DNA of 41,254 bases, taken from positions 1-41,254 of the IMG/VR virus record IMGVR_UViG_3300033402_000027, one strand, 5' to 3'. This document shows, one piece after another, positions 17,025-25,795 of the stretch (position 1 is its first letter; the number at the start of each line of letters is the position of its first letter). A program made the position numbers and the translations under genes. The notes beneath the pieces were generated by a model. That model was not told the origin of the DNA and did not search any database. It was given only the letters and a program-made list of their open reading frames with translations. This DNA is from a virus (taxonomy: Duplodnaviria; Caudoviricetes).

Positions 17025-18953
17025 TCATGCTCCGGCAAAGAATGTCGCAAAAGCCGATTGGCTAGCTTGCGTGGTGAGCCCAAAAACCCCAGCTACCACA
17101 GGCACATGAACTCCGGTTCCATCATGCCATCCTGCAGCCCCAGGCCCTGATGCGATGGCTTGACCGAATGCAGACCCTGGACCTTGATATTCCCAAATCT
17201 CTAGCTCGAGTCCTAGCCCCGCTTTTGACATGCCTAGGAAAAATCCAATTTGTCCTGTGAGGCTGGCAATTGCGTTGATTTGGGCAGAAAGCGCCGCAGC
17301 AGCCGAGATACTTAGACTCGGAAGTTTTACCTTCAAATTGGCGGATAAATTGGCAGACAATTGGGCCAAAAATTGGATGGATGCCGAGATGCTGGGAGGA
17401 GTGAATTGCACTCCGATGGAGGCACCTGCGAGCAAAGCCGCACGTGCTTCGAGATTTCCGAGAAGCAATTTCATCAAATCGAACACCACGGAGAGCATCA
17501 CCGAGAATTGAACAACGCCTCCAGCCAATCCCTCTTCCGTTGGCCACGGGAGTCCATTGATGAAACTCTGGAGTGCGTTGGTGGCCCCACCACCCATCGT
17601 GCAAGTGGCCGCTGCTCCGGTACCTCCTCCAGTCACGGTGCCATCTGTGTAAGTCCCATATCCGACCGAGGGGACGGAGAAGGGAGGCTGCATTGGGGGA
17701 GGAATATCGTAAAGAGCGACCGTGGTGGGTGTCAGTACCTTGGCGTTCTTCAAACCGCAGATATTTGCCGAAAATTTAGCCGAATTCGGAATATAAGTGC
17801 CACTACCGCCTGATGGGATCGTGAAATCAGCATCTGCCCAGAGCTCTGCTGTCGTGGGAGATAGAATGTTGCAATAATAGGTGCCATTTAGATTCTCCAT
17901 CCCATATTCGGTCGCGGGGCTGGGAGGAGGAATGCAAACGGTCTTAAGACCCACCGTGCTCTCAACAGTGATAACCACCACAGTAATCGGAGGCATCTGA
18001 ATAGGAGGTGCCGGTGGAGGAATCACGGGAACTGGTGGTGGATTCACAGGCGGAGCCACCACTGCATTCAGAATGACTGAAGATCCTAGAACTCCTGCAA
18101 TCGTGACCCCGACACCGGAGCTCACGGGAATTGTCAATGGATTTGGCAAAGTCACCACAATAGGGGATGAAACGGTCGCATGAACGATATTCACACTATC
18201 CGTAATCATCACCATGGGAGCCGACGTATATCCGCTTCCATGGTCAACGATATTCACTGAAGTGATAGCTCCAATGCCTGTCGAGACGGAGTTATCAACC
18301 GTGACAGTCCCGGTTGCCTGCGTCCCTCCTGGAGGAGGCGCCGAAATGAACACTCCTGCAAGCCCTGCCTCGTAAGCTTGGGGCGGTGGATATGCTCCTG
18401 CAGGAGGCGGATTTTGTGTGGGAGGTGGGGGCGGAGGTGGTGCTGCAATTGTCGAGAGTGCGGCTATTTGATCCGGCTTGTAAGCGCCTGATGTGGTAGC
18501 CACGAAGAGGAACGCTTGGATGTTATCAGTAGACTTAGTTCCATCAGGCCATCCAGCGCCGATTTCGTTGTTGACATAAGTTCCAAAATCTGCAGCTGGG
18601 CCGAACCATCCATAAGCGCAAAGATTCACGCTTGCGATGGCGTTGATTAGCCCCTTGAGAATAACGGTGAACCCCAGCACGAGCGTCAATTCAATGTTAA
18701 GAGCCAGTGTCAAATTGAGACTGAAATCAGGGAGAGTGAACCCGATTGCCAGTTGAAATTGGAGAATCAGACTAATGCAAATAGATATCCCAATGGCGAT
18801 TGTCGGGAGGACCAACGAGATCCCGAGCGAAAGCGATAGAGAAATCAGAGCTGACAATTGCAGTGTCAGCTCGAATGCCACGCTCAGGAACAAGCTGAAA
18901 AGAGGGACGGCGATCCCTGCGAGTGGGACAGATGATTTGTAAGTGAGTGCCAT
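17025..18953 (-). CDS. Large hydrophobic tail-tip-region protein with internal duplication
   Basis: Very hydrophobic N-terminal ~110 aa, related C-terminal unit, Pro-rich and beta-rich middle. Confidence 0.75.
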   Translation of the reverse strand: MALTYKSSVPLAGIAVPLFSLFLSVAFELTLQLSALISLSLSLGISLVLPTIAIGISICISLILQFQLAIGFTLPDFSLNLTLALNIELTLVLGFTVILKGLINAIASVNLCAYGWFGPAADFGTYVNNEIGAGWPDGTKSTDNIQAFLFVATTSGAYKPDQIAALSTIAAPPPPPPPTQNPPPAGAYPPPQAYEAGLAGVFISAPPPGGTQATGTVTVDNSVSTGIGAITSVNIVDHGSGYTSAPMVMITDSVNIVHATVSSPIVVTLPNPLTIPVSSGVGVTIAGVLGSSVILNAVVAPPVNPPPVPVIPPPAPPIQMPPITVVVITVESTVGLKTVCIPPPSPATEYGMENLNGTYYCNILSPTTAELWADADFTIPSGGSGTYIPNSAKFSANICGLKNAKVLTPTTVALYDIPPPMQPPFSVPSVGYGTYTDGTVTGGGTGAAATCTMGGGATNALQSFINGLPWPTEEGLAGGVVQFSVMLSVVFDLMKLLLGNLEARAALLAGASIGVQFTPPSISASIQFLAQLSANLSANLKVKLPSLSISAAAALSAQINAIASLTGQIGFFLGMSKAGLGLELEIWEYQGPGSAFGQAIASGPGAAGWHDGTGVHVPVVAGVFGLTTQASQSAFATFFAGA

Positions 18954-18962
18954 CTGGCGCGC

Positions 18963-20153
18963 TCACATAGGAGCCATTACGGTGGCGCTACCAGTTTGAA
19001 TGGTCCCAACAGCCGGTGATGTGATAGTTAACACTCCGACGAATGGAGCACCTGCAAGTGATCCTGCTACTTGCATTAGTGGGGGAAACATGACCGTCAC
19101 AGAATCTGTCACACGAGCCACATTTGATTGTCCACTCTTTTGTGGGGCAAAAGTCACATTATCAGGCCCATTTGAGCTATCAGATTCAGTCCACACGCAA
19201 ATAGGCTGCGTGGGATCGCCATTGACGAATTGAACGTGAGCTACGCCTCCAGACGGCGGCGTGTAAGTCGCGAGTGAGTCCGCGGTAATCGGAACATTTT
19301 GCACATCAGGAAGCCCCAAAGTCGTATCTACTGGAGTTCCATCAATTGTGGTGCTCGATGGATTTACAATTTTGTAGCTATATCGCCCGAAGAATCGTAG
19401 TGGTGCGATTTCCTTCTGAATGACACGTTGGAATGGTCCAAGTACGCGATCCTCCATCCCGTTCGGGGATGTGATACCGGTCAGAACTTGGAAACGGAAA
19501 TTCCCTTCATTATCGAAAACGTATTGAACTCCGGCACTCGTAAACATGCCCGTAAGTAGCGGGTTCGAGAAACTCGCGCCAGGCATCCAACTCGCGTAAT
19601 CTTCAGTCCCAATTTCAACGATGCCTTCATCCGGCTTTTGATCTGTGACCGTGAAAGGCGTACTCACAGTGGCGAGCGGCCATGGGCCAGTCATCGTGAC
19701 CCCAGATGGTGCGACATACCACGCGGTCATATAACCGAGTGCAATCATCTGCCATAGAATGTCACTCGCAACCGATGTTCCAAAATTAACTCGCACGAAT
19801 GCTTGGCCCACAGTCGTATCTGCGAAGATATTGACCTGTTCTCCGCATGCAGAGGCCGCATCATTCAAAATTGTGGAGAGCTTCACTCCCTGAGCAGACC
19901 CGTAGCCCTGAGGCATAATGGAGGTACGCCATCCTCCATACCCACCCACAAGTCTTGCTCGGACCTGCCCTCCGTAAGGCTCCGAGCGATATACGAATCC
20001 TTGGAGCGTGAGATTCCCGATGACGACCGAGACTTGTCCGGTGACAAGTTGTTGACCGGCCAATTGAAGGTCAGCAGTCCACGCACCGATCAACGGAATT
20101 AATAGAGTTCCTCCAACGACCTGGAGTCCTCCACATGTAGCGAAGAAACCCAC
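18963..20153 (-). CDS. Baseplate hub/spike protein
   Basis: Synteny; GAWTADL N-terminus, VQFVNGDPTQP OB-fold-like motif, VARVTDSV...GTIQTGS C-terminus. Confidence 0.65.
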   Translation of the reverse strand: MGFFATCGGLQVVGGTLLIPLIGAWTADLQLAGQQLVTGQVSVVIGNLTLQGFVYRSEPYGGQVRARLVGGYGGWRTSIMPQGYGSAQGVKLSTILNDAASACGEQVNIFADTTVGQAFVRVNFGTSVASDILWQMIALGYMTAWYVAPSGVTMTGPWPLATVSTPFTVTDQKPDEGIVEIGTEDYASWMPGASFSNPLLTGMFTSAGVQYVFDNEGNFRFQVLTGITSPNGMEDRVLGPFQRVIQKEIAPLRFFGRYSYKIVNPSSTTIDGTPVDTTLGLPDVQNVPITADSLATYTPPSGGVAHVQFVNGDPTQPICVWTESDSSNGPDNVTFAPQKSGQSNVARVTDSVTVMFPPLMQVAGSLAGAPFVGVLTITSPAVGTIQTGSATVMAPM

Positions 20154-20160
20154 GGGAGCC

Positions 20161-20748
20161 TCACTGGGATGGCGATTTGTTCGCCTGGTTCAGAAGTGCA
20201 AGTTGTTTCTGAAGCGCAATGATGCGCGGATCTTGCGGCGTAGGTCCGCCACCCGTCGCCTGATCGGGCGCCGTCTTGGAGGGCGTGGAAACCACAGATG
20301 CAGCCGGAGGGGGTTGCCATTCCAAGAGCTCAATTGTCACTTGGTATTTGCGCTTTCCACCCACCTCTTCAGGTGTGCTGTAACTCTCAACCACAACTTG
20401 CGTGAGTCCGATAGAACTAAACCCCGGATAGAAAACCGTGAGCCCTTGTGCCTGTTGTGCAGTCGGATCAATACTCAATACTTGAGCTACGAAGCTGTCA
20501 TAATTCGCAAAATCATCATCCGTGATAAGATTCAGCGTGAAGCTACCTTTTACGGGCGGGACAGTCGTCAGAGTGAGCGTAGCACCCTGAGTACCCTTGC
20601 CCTTCTTAATATCCCATCCTGTAGCGCGTTTGAATCCCTTCACCCCACCGAGTGCGATGGTGCCCGGAGAGTTAATCCCGTTGAGAGTGAAGAACATCCA
20701 ATCATTTGCATTGGAAATCGGGCTAATAGTTGTGCTGGGACCAGCCAT
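20161..20748 (-). CDS. Tail protein following the tape measure (tube initiator-like)
   Basis: Synteny; GWDIKKGKGTQGATLT, VTIELLEWQPP. Confidence 0.6.
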   Translation of the reverse strand: MAGPSTTISPISNANDWMFFTLNGINSPGTIALGGVKGFKRATGWDIKKGKGTQGATLTLTTVPPVKGSFTLNLITDDDFANYDSFVAQVLSIDPTAQQAQGLTVFYPGFSSIGLTQVVVESYSTPEEVGGKRKYQVTIELLEWQPPPAASVVSTPSKTAPDQATGGGPTPQDPRIIALQKQLALLNQANKSPSQ

Positions 20749-20751
20749 GGG

Positions 20752-22623
20752 CTACCTCCCGCTCGCGAGTTGGAATTTTTCAATTGCAAGAACTAAACTG
20801 CTTGCGGAAAGCCCCGCGGCATCCGTCACCCCATGAGGTGCGTTGATATTGATTACGAGTCCTGAAATATTTACTCCCCCTCCACCATTCTGGTTCGCGG
20901 GAGGACTCGTTACAGATTGACCAAGCATGCTCCCAAGAGCATTGGTGCTAACTTGGCGTCCGGCATCCGAAGGAGCAGATGATTGCACCATTCCGATAGC
21001 GAGGCCTTGAGAAATATAATCTCCAATTTCCATCGCCTTGACGGATGGAGAATGCGCTCCAGCACCAACTTTCACCCCATCAGCAGCAGCTTCTCCGAGT
21101 TTTTGGCCAGCAGCACGGACATTCCCCGTCATGCTGTCCATTCCATTGACGAGTCCCTTACCCATGTCAACGCCCGTAGCTTTTGCGTCTGCTACAGGTG
21201 CAGCCCTATCCAAAGAGACGAATCCAATAGGCTTGGATTCTCCAATGTGGCTAAGTGCATTAATCAACTTAAGCCCATCAATGACGGGCTGGAGAACCGC
21301 AGCTAAACCTTCTGCAGCTAGTCTGATTGCTGCTAGTGTCACCGCCCAACCAGATGCGCCATCATCACTCGGCAGCGCGTCAAAAGCTGCAATGAGTTCT
21401 TTGACAGCAGTCGTTAGAGGTTGGACCGCAATCTTTACTTCAAGGACTGCCACCTCGAGTTCGAGAAATTTGACAGTCCCTTCAGTGATAGCCCATCCAA
21501 TGACTTTGGCGATATCATTGAATACGTCAGTGATTGTGGCCCTCATTCCCTCAGCGGATGGTTTCCCCTTCTCAAATAGAGAAAGAAATACCCTCATCGC
21601 ATCGGTGATGGGCTTAGTATCAATGCTACCAAAAAGCTCCCGGAAACTCTCCTTAATCTTCGCGACGATAGTGCCGGTCTTGAGCCACATCTTATCGAGT
21701 GGCCCGGCACCCTTCTCGATCAACGCCTCATCGAGAGCATTTCCAAATTCAGTCGCGTTGACCGTTCCAGCTTTAAGTTTGGCTTCAAGCTGAGTAAGAG
21801 TCAAACCCAATTTTTGGGCGACTGCTGCCGACATGGCCGGACCGATAGCGGCCCCAAGCTTCTGCTCAGATAGCTTTAGTTTGTTGCTACCCTCCATCGC
21901 CATGTGAATTTTCTTCGCAAGTTTCTCATATCCTGTGATATGCAAGGCTTGCGCACTGGCTGTAGCGAGGAGCTGATGCTTAATCTGCGATAGGTCTGTA
22001 ACCCCCATCTTCTGGATTTCAGAAGTCCATTTGGCGAGCTCTTCCCTCGATTGAGGGAGATCCTTCGCCACGTCATCGAGCATGTCGAGCGTCTTTTTAC
22101 CGGCGCCCGCTCCTTCACCGAAGGTCTCAAACAATGCTTCGAGTGAAGCATTGACGGCATTCACCTCAAGAGCCGTCTCAATTCCCCATTGAACGACTCC
22201 CGCGGTTACTGCTGCAAATGCCCCACCGACTTTGATGATGGCCGATACGACTTGCCCGAGTCCGGGCTCAATCATATCAAGCGCAGTAGCGGCACTCGCT
22301 AGAGAATCCGTGAAGCCTTGAACGGCTCCCTTGGCATCACCAGATTTGAGAGCCCCCGCAAAATTCTTAAGACCATTCGACAGACCATCAAGGGCGTGCC
22401 GCGCAATGTCGGCCGGATCCTTGATGGTCTGAATTTCTTTGGATTGCCCCCCAGTATGTCCTAGGGCATTTCCGAGTTCAGTAAATTTCTTGGTCGTCTT
22501 TTCGAAGGAGGCCGAGATCTTCGTGAGTTCGTTCGACAGATGGTCAATGGCATCTGCCGCCTTATGGGCAGGTCCCGAGACATGATCTTCTAGGGAGACG
22601 CCGAACGAAACATTCTCTGCCAT
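20752..22623 (-). CDS. Tape measure protein
   Basis: Ala/Gly-rich helical 623 aa; LEDHVSGPA N-terminus and HSPS motif near the C-terminus. Confidence 0.88.
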   Translation of the reverse strand: MAENVSFGVSLEDHVSGPAHKAADAIDHLSNELTKISASFEKTTKKFTELGNALGHTGGQSKEIQTIKDPADIARHALDGLSNGLKNFAGALKSGDAKGAVQGFTDSLASAATALDMIEPGLGQVVSAIIKVGGAFAAVTAGVVQWGIETALEVNAVNASLEALFETFGEGAGAGKKTLDMLDDVAKDLPQSREELAKWTSEIQKMGVTDLSQIKHQLLATASAQALHITGYEKLAKKIHMAMEGSNKLKLSEQKLGAAIGPAMSAAVAQKLGLTLTQLEAKLKAGTVNATEFGNALDEALIEKGAGPLDKMWLKTGTIVAKIKESFRELFGSIDTKPITDAMRVFLSLFEKGKPSAEGMRATITDVFNDIAKVIGWAITEGTVKFLELEVAVLEVKIAVQPLTTAVKELIAAFDALPSDDGASGWAVTLAAIRLAAEGLAAVLQPVIDGLKLINALSHIGESKPIGFVSLDRAAPVADAKATGVDMGKGLVNGMDSMTGNVRAAGQKLGEAAADGVKVGAGAHSPSVKAMEIGDYISQGLAIGMVQSSAPSDAGRQVSTNALGSMLGQSVTSPPANQNGGGGVNISGLVININAPHGVTDAAGLSASSLVLAIEKFQLASGR

Positions 22624-22626
22624 GGC

Positions 22627-22824
22627 TTAGAGCCTCTCGTAGAGAGCCGCCGCGTCGAGGATCTCCTGAGCGAGTTTCTTGGCTTCTTCAACGGATGGAT
22701 AGACAGCCAGGTGGCCCTCAGCCGTTCCGACCGCAACCCGAATTTGCTTGACGGCACAACCCGGTAAATGCTTCACCATAACCGAGGTGCATCGGTTTGG
22801 ATCGGAAAAGGGTGAGGTGTTCAT
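22627..22824 (-). CDS. Small hypothetical protein between the chaperone and tape measure genes
   Basis: Its ATG overlaps the TGA of the frameshifted chaperone product. Confidence 0.6.
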   Translation of the reverse strand: MNTSPFSDPNRCTSVMVKHLPGCAVKQIRVAVGTAEGHLAVYPSVEEAKKLAQEILDAAALYERL

Positions 22825-22997
22825 TTACGTAATGCCTCGAAAAAAAGCCTCTGTCCTATATTGGTTTCTGCGAAGAGTTCGGCGGCTGCTCGTCCGTCGT
22901 TTGTGAGTTCGATGCCCCTGGCACAATGAGAGAGCCAATTCGTCAGTCCTGCGGCGTAGGCTTGGGGCGTGAGGGCCTGACGCTCACGCCTTTTCCC
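22821..22997 (-). CDS. -1 frame extension of the tail assembly chaperone (G-T type product)
   Basis: After G GGA AAA the -1 frame reads RRERQALTPQAYAAGLTNWLSHC...LFFEALRK-stop. Confidence 0.8.
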   Translation of the reverse strand, partial: GKRRERQALTPQAYAAGLTNWLSHCARGIELTNDGRAAAELFAETNIGQRLFFEALRK

Positions 22998-23380
22998 AGA
23001 TCCGCCAAATCCTCCTCTTCAACGAAGCCCATCAGAGCGCCAAGTGCGATCTTGACTTTCATGGTGGAGGCAAACATAGGTTGTTCAGGGAGAAAGTTCT
23101 CCGTGAACGACGTGCGGGCAGTATTCGCATTCATATCTGAATTGAATGCGCAAATAGTCGCCTGACAAAGCTGCTCATTTGCATCAGCTTTTGTATCAGG
23201 ATGCTCGAGTTTCACGCGATAGGCGTGACATTCATCGCGCGTCGGTCGCCGAAAGACCAGCAAGTGGTCATTCCATTCGACGACGGCAATTTTCTTGTGC
23301 TTAGTTTGCAGCTCATTGAGCTGCTCTTCAGAAAGCTTCGGTGCAACGTTCGCTTCGGCCACGGGCTCCACCTCTTTCAA
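22943..23380 (-). CDS. Tail assembly chaperone (real start may be GTG at 23362)
   Basis: Between tube and tape measure; LVFRRPTR motif; slippery site near the 3' end. Confidence 0.8.
   Translation of the reverse strand: MKEVEPVAEANVAPKLSEEQLNELQTKHKKIAVVEWNDHLLVFRRPTRDECHAYRVKLEHPDTKADANEQLCQATICAFNSDMNANTARTSFTENFLPEQPMFASTMKVKIALGALMGFVEEEDLADLGKGVSVRPSRPKPTPQD
22991..22997 (-). promoter_or_regulatory. Programmed -1 ribosomal frameshift heptamer G GGA AAA
   Basis: X XXY YYZ in the correct frame at Leu-Gly-Lys. Confidence 0.82.
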
Positions 23381-23566
23381 AAAGGTGGACCAATTCAGCC
23401 GGGTGCAGCGGACGGTTGGTCCGGGCCGGGAGAACTTCCACTAGCCCTTCTACCTAGAAAGACACAAAAAAGTTCTAACGACCTCTGCGTGACCAGAGGA
23501 GATGAGCAAGGATGATTGCGATGGAGAGAATGATCAGAGTCCAGGGGAGGGACTCGATGGGCACGA

Positions 23567-24058
23567 TTACTGGGGAGGACTCTGGAGCGGGACCTCAAGG
23601 TCGTCAATCCCGTTGAACAGAATCTTGGTGGGCTGGAACTTGATAGTGCGGGTCAAAGCCGCCGTTCCTGCCGCATTGCTGGCATCCGTTGAATCAAACG
23701 TGCAGTTCAAAATCGTATCCGTGTATGTGGCGAGATTAGTCCCCACATACGACGTATAGATATCGAACGGCTGATCTCCATAACCCGGTCCGAGTTGATT
23801 CTGTACGGTTTGAAGGAGATTGGACCACCAGTCGTAGTAAACCTCGACTTCACACTCGTACTTGTTCTCGCCGAGGGTCTTACCCACGGGATCCGGAGAA
23901 TTGCTCATGACCATTTCACGGTCGCGAGTGCGGCTATACTTGATGCTCTTGAAGCCACCCGTGAAATCGAGTCCCGCAATAGACATACGGACGTGACCGA
24001 ATGAACGGACCACTCCGTTGTTGATGGGAACCTGAACCGGGACAATTTGTGCGGTCAT
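23567..24058 (-). CDS. Tail tube protein
   Basis: 163 aa after the sheath; KSIKYS, PVGKTLGENKYE. Confidence 0.82.
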   Translation of the reverse strand: MTAQIVPVQVPINNGVVRSFGHVRMSIAGLDFTGGFKSIKYSRTRDREMVMSNSPDPVGKTLGENKYECEVEVYYDWWSNLLQTVQNQLGPGYGDQPFDIYTSYVGTNLATYTDTILNCTFDSTDASNAAGTAALTRTIKFQPTKILFNGIDDLEVPLQSPPQ

Positions 24059-24068
24059 GGGTTAACCT

Positions 24069-25601
24069 TTACGTGCCGTTGCTCAGGTTGACGGTCTCAG
24101 AGATGTTGTTCGCGTAAGCCATCGGTTCGACCGTGATCGTGATGGGGATAATCCCAGTCGCGAGCACATTCTGCGTCGCACTAACAACGGCCGTCACAGA
24201 ACTCACAAGTGGCGTCTGAATCATTCCTTGATTCAGAGCGTTCTGGATAGTGCCCTGGAATTGATTGAGGGCAACCGGGTCGAGCGTCCCATTCGATTGC
24301 ACTTGGAGGTTATCAGAAACCTCTTCAACGCCAGCCGCATATCCAATATCGCAGGCGGCATCTAGAACGTTCCCGATGACGATCTCAGTGAACTGAGATC
24401 CGGGAGCACTCAAGAGAGGCTCCTGGCACTGGAAGAAACCCTGACCCTTCTTCGGCCACGTGAGGGCACTTCCGATGCGGGCAGCATTCAATCCGGGGTT
24501 AACCCGCTCATCATGATAGATGAACCCGTCCGTGGGGTCAGACGCGGGGTTGACGACGATTGTCGAGTAGGGCCCATCCTTGACGCGACCAGCACGGGTC
24601 TGGAGCCCCACCTGGGTGCGTCGTACCGCATGGCTCCAAGCGATGGGGCGGCGATACGAAGGGGTTCCACCTGCCGCATTCGCGAAAGGTGACGGGGTGT
24701 TGTAGTATCCTCCATCGGCGCAAACGCGAGGCTGGGCGACTTCTCCCGAAGAAATAGTCGCGAGAGCAGCCATCCAGGTGGCTTCAGTCTCACCAGATCC
24801 ACCCCACGCCACAGGCTGAAGTGCATCACGGAGTTCGACAATGGCGCGCGTGTAGACGTACCCATTGGTTCCAGTCTGGAGGGAGGTCTGGATGTCGTTG
24901 ATGTCGGTGCCGGCGCAAACTCCAACAACGTGGATGCTACCGACTCCTTCAACCGCGTACTGGGAAGCAAAGAAGGCCGCAAGAGCAGCCTCGACTCCCG
25001 CATCGTTCCAAGCCGGAGCTTGAGTTCCGAACTGCCAGTAATCGCCAGTCACCATAGTTCCAGCAGCGAAATTGAGCTGGATTCCGGTTCCACCAACGGT
25101 AGGCGTGTTGAGAACGCCCGAACCCAAGTAGTACGTAGTCGCCGATCCAAGCGTGACAGGAGCACCGTAATTACGGCCCGCATCAAGCGAGAATTGCACG
25201 ATGATTCCGGGCGTCCCGATAGTGCCGCCTTGGAGAACGCGCATACGGACGTAATATTGGTCCCAGCATCCGTACGTCGAATCCAACGTAACGGTGACTA
25301 CAGAAGTTGAACCCCCAGGAGTGATTGCTTGAACCGCATTTGCAGTTCCCTTGGTCACTACGGGGCAACTAATGCAAATTGGAATATTTCCAGCCTGAGC
25401 GACCAGACCTGCAGCTTCAACCAGCGGACCGCCGATGAACTGAGTCTGGATGCTCTGAGGATTGGAAGAGGCGTAGGGCTGATTTACAACACCCCCAACA
25501 GCCACCCCAATCTTGAGCTGAACATTTGCCTGAGGCACACTGAGAGCGGCACTTGCACCATTATCTACAACAGTGACCGTGACTGTCGGGATCGCAGGCA
25601 T
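24069..25601 (-). CDS. Contractile tail sheath protein (DUF2586-like)
   Basis: GGPLVEAA N-terminus, YHDERVNPGL, GSQFT, ITITVEPMAYANNI C-terminus. Confidence 0.82.
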   Translation of the reverse strand: MPAIPTVTVTVVDNGASAALSVPQANVQLKIGVAVGGVVNQPYASSNPQSIQTQFIGGPLVEAAGLVAQAGNIPICISCPVVTKGTANAVQAITPGGSTSVVTVTLDSTYGCWDQYYVRMRVLQGGTIGTPGIIVQFSLDAGRNYGAPVTLGSATTYYLGSGVLNTPTVGGTGIQLNFAAGTMVTGDYWQFGTQAPAWNDAGVEAALAAFFASQYAVEGVGSIHVVGVCAGTDINDIQTSLQTGTNGYVYTRAIVELRDALQPVAWGGSGETEATWMAALATISSGEVAQPRVCADGGYYNTPSPFANAAGGTPSYRRPIAWSHAVRRTQVGLQTRAGRVKDGPYSTIVVNPASDPTDGFIYHDERVNPGLNAARIGSALTWPKKGQGFFQCQEPLLSAPGSQFTEIVIGNVLDAACDIGYAAGVEEVSDNLQVQSNGTLDPVALNQFQGTIQNALNQGMIQTPLVSSVTAVVSATQNVLATGIIPITITVEPMAYANNISETVNLSNGT

Positions 25602-25603
25602 GA

Positions 25604-25762
25604 TTAGTTTCTCTCCAGGTAATCTGCAGCGTTTCGCAGAGTCACAGAACTGTCTTTCGCGCGACCCAACATGTTATTGCAATTATATTGATGCCCCCTC
25701 TTACAAGTCTTCGCCACCCCATTGGATGGGTGGTCTAGAACGAGTTTGAGTTCAGCAGGCAT
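25604..25762 (-). pseudogene. Internally deleted endonuclease VII-type homing gene (52 aa, absent from the ORF track)
   Basis: MPAELKLVLDHPSNGVAKTCKRGHQYNCNNMLGRAKDSSVTLRNAADYLERN; the C-terminus matches the two intact Endo VII genes; AGGAG RBS. Confidence 0.78.
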
Positions 25763-25795
25763 GAGGGCTCCTATTTGAATGCTCCCACAAAAAAC

